The position numbers and the translations under genes are program-made. DNA of 64,000 bases from Candidatus Helarchaeota archaeon (lineage in GTDB: Archaea; Asgardarchaeota; Lokiarchaeia; Helarchaeales; RDOG01), in NCBI GenBank assembly GCA_019058315.1, contig JAHPZH010000004.1, forward strand, positions 352,001 to 416,000, in the 5' to 3' direction. Below are positions 53,329 through 62,200 of this stretch, one piece after another. The first letter of the stretch is position 1. Each line of letters begins with the position of its first letter. Under the pieces are notes generated by a model. It ran no database searches, was not told the origin of the DNA, and worked only from the letters and a program-made list of their open reading frames with translations.

Positions 53329-53998
53329 TATACTATCAATTCTACGACATGATCTTCATAAATTGAGGATAAAAGGATTTAAACCCCATAAAGAAGCCTT
53401 AGTTGAGCCTGAAATGAAAAAAGCAGATTCTATAGCCAGTTGGTTTTCAAGAAATGGCAATAAAATAGAGTTCGATATTAATAAAAGACTGTATTTGAGG
53501 GATTCTTATTTGATTAAAATTGAAAAAAATAAAATCAGAAATCAAATCATTAAAAAAAGAGAAGAAATTTTTAAAATTTTTAATGAAAAAAATCCTACAA
53601 AATTACATTCTCAGATTTTAAACTCAAAGGTTCTAAATAAATTTTCAGAGGCACGAATTTGCCCCCATAGTAGCTATAAATATCATTTGCTTTTAACTTG
53701 CAGTATTTATTGGAATTTGAAAAATAGTAATTGTTGGCAAAAATTATATTTAGCAGAAAATGCCGAAATTGATAGTCCGTTTCAGATTATCTACAAAGAT
53801 GATCAACGTGAATGGGCACTTACTCCTAACGGAGGAATGTCCCGCGTTTTCCCACAGTTTTCTAGAACTTGGTTGAGACGTCAAACATTTAGTTTAGGAG
53901 GTGATGATCTCATCCTCGATGGACTCCTATCCCAAATCGGGAGTTGGAGTGCTGCACTTGCAACAATCGAGGATTGGAGAGAGCTTCAAAAACCATAA
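53321..53998 (+). CDS. third core gene of the HRAMP-like module (uncharacterised)
   Basis: ATG at 53321 after GGAGGAGG, overlapping the cas5 stop. 'YKYHLLL' and 'LDGLLSQIGSWSAAL..IED' resemble, from recall, the haloarchaeal HRAMP-associated protein. Confidence 0.65.
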   Translation: MNNILSILRHDLHKLRIKGFKPHKEALVEPEMKKADSIASWFSRNGNKIEFDINKRLYLRDSYLIKIEKNKIRNQIIKKREEIFKIFNEKNPTKLHSQILNSKVLNKFSEARICPHSSYKYHLLLTCSIYWNLKNSNCWQKLYLAENAEIDSPFQIIYKDDQREWALTPNGGMSRVFPQFSRTWLRRQTFSLGGDDLILDGLLSQIGSWSAALATIEDWRELQKP

Positions 53999-54036
53999 AT
54001 ATAGCAAGGGAAAAATTAGCTTGACTCGGTGCCTAA

Positions 54037-54217
54037 CAATGCATAGTACCACTAAATAACCAGTTTTCGGGGAATTTAACTATAAAATTAACAGTTAATC
54101 AAAGCTCTAAATAGAATAATCCTAAAAACAAAGTTACGTCTCGGTCTCAGCAGTGTAGACCGAAAAGAGGTAAAATCTGGAAATAGAAATTATCTCAATG
54201 TATAGTACAACTAAATA
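54037..54217 (+). repeat. 22-nt direct repeat pair (54037-54058, 54196-54217)
   Basis: CAATGCATAGTACCACTAAATA vs CAATGTATAGTACAACTAAATA (20/22); also at 60346 and 60505. Confidence 0.8.
54052..54106 (+). promoter_or_regulatory. second copy of the RAMP promoter, with no ORF downstream
   Basis: 41/46 identical to 51686-51731; 55/55 identical to 60361-60415. Confidence 0.7.
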
Positions 54218-54290
54218 TAAAGAACCATCTTTATGCATCATATCCAGAAGCGGATTCACTAAGTTTCTCAGTTCACTTTAATAACCTTAA
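54103..54290 (+). ncRNA. candidate structured RAMP-associated ncRNA (ends approximate)
   Basis: Hairpins at 54141-63, 54167-96 (GAAA loop), 54217-34 and 54242-55; differences from the 60.4-kb copy mostly preserve pairing. Confidence 0.55.
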
Positions 54291-54309
54291 TAATTAATCT
54301 TTCATAATA

Positions 54310-55399
54310 CTAATCATATTCCCTAACTAATTCAAAAGTTTGTTTTAAGAACTTAGAAGTTCCTTTTTTTTGCATTAAATCTAGAAGTGGGTTTATGGGA
54401 AGAAAAATTATTTGGTTTTTAATAAAATTATCAAGAATTTTTAAAAATTTTAAAGATCCTGAGACACTAGTTGCCAATGAGAGGATTGCTGAAAATTTAT
54501 TTAAATCTGTATATCTTATGCCTATTATCGTGTTTATCCACCACCCAAATTGCTCTGACAATTGATGTTTTGCGATTAAAAGGGCTTTTTCAACATTTCT
54601 TTCCCGTTCAAAAATATCAATTACTTGTTCTTTAGAGATAGTGTAGAATTTTTCTAATGAACCATTTTTTAAATCTAAACCTAAAATCGTTTGTAATTTT
54701 ATATCTTGATCGAAAATGAACATTATTGTCCTAACTTGATATCCATAAATGAAATTAAAAGCTCTATTATAACTTAGTATTGAAGGGGGATTTAATTTTT
54801 TTAAATCAAAATTAAAAAATGTTTTTCCCCAACGTCTAAATAACACAATTTTACCATCAGAAGTCCATAAATCATCTGATTTGGTAATAAATTCTGTAAA
54901 TTTGATAAGGAAATTTTTAAAATTATATTTAGACATTATATCTTTCAAATAATTAAATATTTCAAATCTTGTTATAAAAGCGGTATTTACTTTCAGATAT
55001 TTTTCATTATAGAATACCTGATATTTTTTATGAAATTGTTTAGCGAGTTCTGCCATAAGATCCTGCATTGAATGTTTCTTCTTTTTGATTTTTTCAAATC
55101 TATGCTCAATTTTTTTATTATCCAGAAATGTAAAAACCAACTTATAAGGTGTTGTAAGAATTACAAATGATGCTATTTTCTTTTCATTTATCAAGGAAAA
55201 AACAACATTTTGAGGAGGTAATAATTTCGTAATTACGTTTCTAAAGGTTAAGGCATCGAAATTATCATTATCTGTAATAAATTTTTTAAGAAAATCTAAA
55301 AATAAGGGAGGATTATAAACTTGAATTCTTTCTTCTTTATACATTTTAGCTAAAAAATTCCAAAGAGCTGCAATATAGTCTAAAAATTCATATTTTAAT
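54310..55399 (-). pseudogene. 5'-truncated paralogue of the 60620-62200 gene
   Basis: Collinear with 60620-61709; homology ends abruptly at 55399, so the N-terminal ~164 codons are missing. Confidence 0.8.
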
Positions 55400-55438
55400 A
55401 ATTAGTCAAAAATAAATAGTTTTGCATCCTTTAAAATT

Positions 55439-56182
55439 TTATATTAATTGTTTAGAATAAATACCTAATAAGATTGAACTAATAATAATTATTATTAATC
55501 CTAAAATTACTATCCAAGAAAATAAAATTGCTAATTGTTGTAATTGGTTATCTAACGCATCTATAGCCATGTATTCAGGAAAGAATACCAAAAAAAATAC
55601 AATAAATGATGGCTCAAAATATAATAAGGTTAGAAATGTTGAATGCCTGAGTAAATATCTTGTAGTAAAAACCCTAATTATATATGGAATTATTGAAAAT
55701 CCCATAAATAATAATATTCCTATAAGAAGTAATAATTTAAAATAGAATGTTGGAACTTGGGGTATTATTAATTCACCAGCAAGTGTATCTCTTTTACTTC
55801 GTCTGAAAATTAAAAAATTAAAGAATAATGCGACTATTATTGAACAAATTAACATGATAGCAAAATATATAATGAATGATGGAATATTATAGGATGTAAT
55901 TGAAGATGCTAACACACCAAGATTAAACCATATGGATAAAATTTGAGATAAAGACCCCAAAATAAAACCTATTTTGGCATATTTTGGTATTTTTTTGATG
56001 CTATATAATATAAAAAAAATTTTTGATGGGAAATAGAGGAAAAATGGAATGAGATAAAAGATATAGGTAATCATGTTAAAATTTAAATACAAGGCGATAT
56101 AGCTCAAAATTATAAAATTAATCCAGAAAATGATTATTAGTCCGAAACTTAGTTTATATGATAATTTATCTTGGATTATCAA
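55439..56182 (-). CDS. multi-pass membrane protein
   Basis: Hydrophobicity pattern. Confidence 0.6.
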   Translation of the reverse strand: MIIQDKLSYKLSFGLIIIFWINFIILSYIALYLNFNMITYIFYLIPFFLYFPSKIFFILYSIKKIPKYAKIGFILGSLSQILSIWFNLGVLASSITSYNIPSFIIYFAIMLICSIIVALFFNFLIFRRSKRDTLAGELIIPQVPTFYFKLLLLIGILLFMGFSIIPYIIRVFTTRYLLRHSTFLTLLYFEPSFIVFFLVFFPEYMAIDALDNQLQQLAILFSWIVILGLIIIIISSILLGIYSKQLI

Positions 56183-56699
56183 AAAAAATTTCCCACCTAA
56201 GTTAATTAAATAATTTAATTTTTTATAAAATTTGTTATACTAATCAAGAAATGAATTATAATTAAAATAAAAGAATTAACCTTATTTCTAGAACTCAGTA
56301 ACTCATATTTTGTTTTATATGAATTTTCTGAATCATTGAAACATTAATCTTAGTTACATCAATCTCTTAATAAATATCGTAATAGATTACTATAATTAGG
56401 TTACATATTATCTTATAATCTTATAGTAATAAGATTAATTATAATAACTCTAAATATTGATTACAATTAATTTTGAATTTACCAAATTTATAAAGAGCGC
56501 TCTAATCATTATTTCGGAAAAAAATTATAGATTTCGCAATTTTTAACTATTTTTTTGTAATTTATTATTTCTTCATTGAGAAATTTTAAGAATTCCTCAA
56601 TTTTCAAAATATCATACAATATTATTATAAAGAGTAGTTAATAAACTTAATTCAAATACTAAATACACTTAGTACATTTACAAAAATGGGGTTTACAAA

Positions 56700-59600
56700 G
56701 TGAATAAAAAAACGACTATCGTAATAATAATATTAATTAATTCTATATTGCCAGCAACACTCTTTTTTCACGAAACAGATAATAATATGTTCAATAATTT
56801 TATATCTTTAATTGAAATGGTGAAACAAAAGAATCAGAAACAAGAAAATCAAATAGAATCAGAACCACCCGAATTAGGAAGGACATTAATATTTATATTT
56901 GGATTTGAAGCGGCTGGTCAACTTAATAATTCGACTAATTTCTCGAACATAACAACACCTTATATTCCAGAGTTTAACTTTAATTACAGTTATACCAAAG
57001 TAGATGTGACTTTGGAGAACTATAGTCCATATTATTCTAATAGTATAGTATATTTTCACCGGAGTATCGCTGAATTAGCTTATTTACCTGAAGAAGAATT
57101 TTTATTAGTAGATACAGCATATCACAGCTGGTACGATCAATATAGAAGTCTGGGTTATGCTGAAGGGGAAGCTGGTTCAATGGCTAGAGCGCAAATAGAT
57201 ATTAATATGCTAGCAAGGGCATTATACTTTAGAATTATAGAAAGTGGAGAAGCTTTTTCGAAAATACATATAATAGGACACTCTATGGGCGGTTTAATTG
57301 CAAGAGCATTAGTCTGTTCTTATTATACTTCTTTAAAGGAATATGGTTATCAAATAGAGGCTGTAGCAACGCTCGGGACTCCAAACCATGGAACAAGTCT
57401 AATTAGTAGAAGATATCAAATCTCCCCTCTCGATATTGATTATGCTTGGGTGATAAAATATCGAGATACCTTACAAGCGTCTCAAATGGGATTTGAGTCA
57501 CCCTTTATTCATGATTTAAATGTGGATGGTGATGAAACTCCATATGATGATGAAATTAATTGGGTTACTGTAGCAGGATGGGCAGGAAAATATGGTAGAA
57601 TTTGGAATCCGGGATTAAGTTTTATTTATGGAGGATATGGTCTAGTTCCGTGCCCTGTACCACCATTTGGATACACTATTTTAGCACCATGTATAGCATA
57701 TACATTGGGAATATGTTGGGCTTGGATAATACCTTATCCTTGCTTAATTCCATATTGGACTATCTGTGTTCAAACAATCGAAGTTTGGAATGATAAACTT
57801 GTAGATATATGGAGTGTTCCTTTGAAGGGAGCAAAAAACGAATATACGCCATTCGACCATCAGGGGTTATTAGCAGTAGGTTTGGCTTATCTTAATGATG
57901 AATGGTCCAATGAATTTACTGCTAAGCTATTCAGTGCAATGACGGGTGGAATCATACAACAAATTAGTTTTACTCAATTCCAAGTTGTAGAATCACCCTC
58001 AGCGGATTATAATATTCGAATTTCAGTCCATATCTCTTCAAATATAGGAAATATAATAAAAGAAGACTTTGTTTATGCTAGGATTGACGGAGATGTCTAT
58101 TACTTTACTCCTTGTGAAAGTTGTGAAGATGTGTATTATATGGATCTTCGGTTAGATGATGGTGATTATTCTATTCAAATATTTGCAGAAGATTCAGAAG
58201 ATAATTTAGAATGGTGGACTGAAGGAATATCAATCGCTGATGACGACAATTGTCCACCAAATATTGCATTCCTTCCTAAATTTACTCCAGAAAACCGAAC
58301 TTTTAATGATTCAGTAGTTCAGACTAATTTATCATGGGCAATCTCTGACTATAGTGGGCTTTCTCAAGTAGAGGTAAAATTAAATGATGCTCTAATTAGT
58401 AATGAAGAAATAGGTTATCATCTAGTTGGTAATGATTTAGGAAATTATAAGTGGGAACTATATGCACTTGATAATGATCAAGATAGACCAGATGATCAAT
58501 TATCATCATACAAATCTCAAGAATTTACCATTATAGACGACGATACAACACCCCCATGTATTGATATTTCATATATGGGTGGTAATACGGATGGTAATCC
58601 TGGAACCTGGATGGTGACAGCAATTGATGAAGAAAGCGAGATAGATACTATTAAGGTTCAAATTGATGACGGTCAACCCTTTGAAATAATAAGTGGTTCT
58701 GCGATAGATGTACCTAATAGTCTTGGGATTCACACTATTATGGTAGAGGCAATAAATGGGGATTTGGATCGAGGTACAATTGATCAGGAATCTACAATAA
58801 CTTCAGACAGCCAGATCATTGTCGATGACGATACCATTCATCCGACAGTGACTAATTTAATTATCGAAGACAATTTTTTGAATGTACAAGTTGCTTTGGA
58901 TGCATCGGACGATAGTACAGGTGATGATGAAGGAATTAGCAATATCGACATATTCGTGGATGGTGAATTGATATTAAATTACGTTTCAACACCTTTCGAG
59001 ACTTCGTTTAACTTTGAATTTTCTAATGATTGGATTATGGAGTTTGGAACGCACAAAGTGGAAATACAGGTTACAGATGCGGATGATGATCGCCCTGCAG
59101 ATTCACTTACTACAATCGTTAATAGTACCTTCAAAACCTCGGTTGAAGATATGTCCAATTATATTTTATATGAAATACCTATTCTAAAAGATGATGTGGA
59201 TCAAAGAGTCAATTGTCCTTTTAATAGGATGATTATTAATCAATTGGAAAGGGCAGAGATTTTAATTCAAGATGCTCTTTCTTCATATCTCGATGATTCT
59301 ATTGTAAAATCGATTATATTGGATAAATTAGCTAAAGCTCATGTGGAACTCTCTGATGTAATAACAACAATTTTAGATTGGTTAACTATAATTTCACCAG
59401 AAGATAGTGATTATATCTTGGATTCGCTTCATGAGATACGTGATCATATAACGCTTACTATGGGGGCTATAGTGGGAACTGATGAAGCCGTAGAGATCTC
59501 GATTGTCGAAACCAAAATAGAACAGCTCGCAGATCAGATCTTTGATGACTATTGTTTATCCGTTTCTATCCCAATAGATATCTATCTTTGGTGTGCAGGT

Positions 59601-59822
59601 GAAAACCTTGATTCTACTCTTATCTGGTTAGCTACTAATTATACTTGTCTCGCTGAACAACACATAAATTTTGCAGAATTTAAGTTAGAAAAAGCTAAAT
59701 ATAAAACTAACAACTTACAAGAGAGAGGAAGAATTTCAGATGAAGAAGCTCAGAAAATTTTAATTAAGATAGATATCTTAATCCAAGAGATCATTAATAT
59801 CCGCACTCTTCATAATTTATGA
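56700..59822 (+). CDS. secreted alpha/beta hydrolase (PGAP1/lipase-like) with acidic Ig-like repeats
   Basis: Signal peptide, GHSMGGL.AR, TLGTPNHG, ND.LV, 'DDDT.PP' linkers. Confidence 0.8.
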   Translation: MNKKTTIVIIILINSILPATLFFHETDNNMFNNFISLIEMVKQKNQKQENQIESEPPELGRTLIFIFGFEAAGQLNNSTNFSNITTPYIPEFNFNYSYTKVDVTLENYSPYYSNSIVYFHRSIAELAYLPEEEFLLVDTAYHSWYDQYRSLGYAEGEAGSMARAQIDINMLARALYFRIIESGEAFSKIHIIGHSMGGLIARALVCSYYTSLKEYGYQIEAVATLGTPNHGTSLISRRYQISPLDIDYAWVIKYRDTLQASQMGFESPFIHDLNVDGDETPYDDEINWVTVAGWAGKYGRIWNPGLSFIYGGYGLVPCPVPPFGYTILAPCIAYTLGICWAWIIPYPCLIPYWTICVQTIEVWNDKLVDIWSVPLKGAKNEYTPFDHQGLLAVGLAYLNDEWSNEFTAKLFSAMTGGIIQQISFTQFQVVESPSADYNIRISVHISSNIGNIIKEDFVYARIDGDVYYFTPCESCEDVYYMDLRLDDGDYSIQIFAEDSEDNLEWWTEGISIADDDNCPPNIAFLPKFTPENRTFNDSVVQTNLSWAISDYSGLSQVEVKLNDALISNEEIGYHLVGNDLGNYKWELYALDNDQDRPDDQLSSYKSQEFTIIDDDTTPPCIDISYMGGNTDGNPGTWMVTAIDEESEIDTIKVQIDDGQPFEIISGSAIDVPNSLGIHTIMVEAINGDLDRGTIDQESTITSDSQIIVDDDTIHPTVTNLIIEDNFLNVQVALDASDDSTGDDEGISNIDIFVDGELILNYVSTPFETSFNFEFSNDWIMEFGTHKVEIQVTDADDDRPADSLTTIVNSTFKTSVEDMSNYILYEIPILKDDVDQRVNCPFNRMIINQLERAEILIQDALSSYLDDSIVKSIILDKLAKAHVELSDVITTILDWLTIISPEDSDYILDSLHEIRDHITLTMGAIVGTDEAVEISIVETKIEQLADQIFDDYCLSVSIPIDIYLWCAGENLDSTLIWLATNYTCLAEQHINFAEFKLEKAKYKTNNLQERGRISDEEAQKILIKIDILIQEIINIRTLHNL

Positions 59823-60221
59823 CAATAATAAACTCTGCTTCTTAATCTTTTTTTTTTCGAAAAATATCTATTTAGTTATCAATACACTTTTTGAAAAATT
59901 GAACTTTACTTGTTTTAAAAAAATTTTCATTTTTACTAAAAACCTAGAATATAAAATAATAAGATAAATTTTTAATATTTTTAATTAAACAACTTATTGA
60001 CAGCTTTTTTCTAAAATAAAATAAACTCTTTCTAAATCGATTGGTTTATTTAATTTGTGATTGTTAAAGATTAATTTTATTTAGAAAATATATTTGATTT
60101 TTTACTTAAAATTTAAGATAGAATAATTATAGCTACAGTTAAGTTAAACAAAAGTCTGTAAAATTTATTAAGTTTATCTTTATATTTTTTTTTTACTCAG
60201 AATTTAGAACTTTTTAGTATT

Positions 60222-60307
60222 ATTATTGGTGGGTCCTTTCTCAGATTGAGAGTTGGAGCGCTGTACTTGCAACGATCGAGGATTGGAGTGATCTTCAAGA
60301 AACTTAA
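60222..60307 (+). pseudogene. 3' remnant of the third RAMP-module gene
   Basis: VLSQIESWSAVLATIEDWSDLQET* vs LLSQIGSWSAALATIEDWRELQKP*. Confidence 0.85.
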
Positions 60308-60411
60308 ATATTGCATAGGAAAAATTTGCCTGACATAGTGCCTGACAATGCATAGTTCCACTAAATAACCAGTTTTCGGGGAATTTAACTATAAAATTAA
60401 CAGTTAATCAA

Positions 60412-60600
60412 AGCTTTAGATTGCTAAATATCAGAAACAAAGGTCTGTCCCAGTCTCAGCAGTGTAGATCGAAAAGAGATAAAATCTAGAAATAGAAATT
60501 ATCTCAATGTATAGTACAACTAAAGAAAGAGAGCTATCTTTATGTATCATATCCAGCAGAGGATTTGCCAAGTTTATTCAGTTCATTCTCATACTCTTAA
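60412..60600 (+). ncRNA. second copy of the candidate RAMP-associated ncRNA
   Basis: Promoter block 60361-60415 is intact; hairpins at 60476-60505, 60526-43 and 60551-64. Confidence 0.5.
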
Positions 60601-60619
60601 TAACTAATCTCTTATAATT

Positions 60620-62200
60620 CTAATCATATTCCCTAATTAATTCAAAAACTTCTTTAAAAAACTTAGAAGTTCCTTTTTTTTTCATTAAATCGAGAAGTGG
60701 ATTTATAGGAAGAAATATCATTTGATTTTTGATGAAATTATCAAGGATTTTTAAGAACTTCAGCGATCCTGGGACACTAGTTGCCAACGATAGGATCGCT
60801 GAAAATTTATTCAAATCTGTATATCTTACACCGATTACTGTGTTTATCCACAACCCAAATTGCTCCGACAATTGATGTTTAGCAATTACAAGAGCTTTTT
60901 TGACATCTTTTTCCCTTTTAAAAATATCTTTTACTTTTTCCATAGAGATTATATAGAATTTCTCTAATGTACCATTTTTTAAATCTAATCCTAAAATTGT
61001 TTGTAATTTTACATCTTGATCAAAAATAAACATTATTGTCCTAGCTCGATATCCATATATGAAATTAAAACCTCGATTATAACTTAATACTGAAGGAGGA
61101 TTTAATTTATTTAAATCAAAATCAAAAAAGGATTTTCCCCAACGCCTAAACAAAACAATTTTACCATCAGAAGTCCATAAATCATCTGATTTTATAATAA
61201 ATTCTGTAATTTTAATAAGGAAATTCTTAAAACTATATTTCAATATTATATCTTTCAAATAATTGAATATTTCAAATCTTATTACAAAAGCAGTATTTAC
61301 TTTCAGATATTTTTCATTATAGAATACACGATATTTTTTATGAAGTTGTTTAGCAAGTTCTGCCATGAGCTCCTGAAATAAATGTTTCTTATTTTTGATT
61401 TTTTTAAATCTCTGCTCAATTCTTTTATTATCTAAAAAGGTAAAAACGAACTTATAGGGTGTTGTTAGTATAGCAAATGCTGCTGTTTTCTTTTCATTTA
61501 TCAAGGAAAAAACAACATTTTGAGGAGGTAATAATTTCGTAATTACGTTTCTAAAGGTTAAGGCATCGAAATTATCATTATCTGTAATAAATTTTTTAAG
61601 AAAATCTAAAAATAAGGGAGGATTATAAACTTGAATTCTTTCTTCTTTATACATTTTAGCTAAAAAATTCCAAAGAGCTGCAATATAGTCTAAAAATTCA
61701 TATTTTAATGAATCATGTAATTCTCTAAAATCTTCAAGGAATTTTAAATCAATAACAATAATGAAATTGAGGTTAAAATTAGAATTGAGCCCGATATTTA
61801 AATTTTGAACGTAATTATTTATTTTTTCAAAGGAATTATCTTTAATTAATCCAAGTATTTCTTCAGAATTTTGAATTTCAAATTTGAAAAAGTCGAAATA
61901 ATTCCCATTCTCTTCGTATTGCGCAGCTGACCAAATTACTTGATTATGAGAATCATTTAAAATTAAAATTAAAGAATCCCCATTTTCCGTAAATAATTTT
62001 GGAAAAGATTCTGAAAAGAAATTAAAAAAAGTATAACAATCTACTTCAATAGGAATAAATGGAAAAGTAAGCTTTGTTTCTTGTTCTGATATTTTCTCTC
62101 CTATGGCGATTTTTTTATTAAATTTTATAATTTTTTTCCAATCTTCAACTAATTCTTCAAACCAACTTATAATCTCATGCAAAATATACTCATGCTCCAA
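60620..62200 (-). CDS. hypothetical protein (full-length copy)
   Basis: 526-aa ORF overlapping the stop of the DUF362 gene. Confidence 0.7.
   Translation of the reverse strand: MEHEYILHEIISWFEELVEDWKKIIKFNKKIAIGEKISEQETKLTFPFIPIEVDCYTFFNFFSESFPKLFTENGDSLILILNDSHNQVIWSAAQYEENGNYFDFFKFEIQNSEEILGLIKDNSFEKINNYVQNLNIGLNSNFNLNFIIVIDLKFLEDFRELHDSLKYEFLDYIAALWNFLAKMYKEERIQVYNPPLFLDFLKKFITDNDNFDALTFRNVITKLLPPQNVVFSLINEKKTAAFAILTTPYKFVFTFLDNKRIEQRFKKIKNKKHLFQELMAELAKQLHKKYRVFYNEKYLKVNTAFVIRFEIFNYLKDIILKYSFKNFLIKITEFIIKSDDLWTSDGKIVLFRRWGKSFFDFDLNKLNPPSVLSYNRGFNFIYGYRARTIMFIFDQDVKLQTILGLDLKNGTLEKFYIISMEKVKDIFKREKDVKKALVIAKHQLSEQFGLWINTVIGVRYTDLNKFSAILSLATSVPGSLKFLKILDNFIKNQMIFLPINPLLDLMKKKGTSKFFKEVFELIREYD

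Larger units (their letters stand above)
59860..61709. repeat. diverged duplicate of 50770-55399 with the RAMP operon deleted
   Basis: 59860-60200 matches parts of 50770-51590; 60222-61709 matches ~53912-55399. Confidence 0.85.

Noticed and set aside
54310-61709. DGR template/variable repeat pair
   Set aside because: No reverse transcriptase; differences are not adenine-specific and many are synonymous over more than 800 bp.
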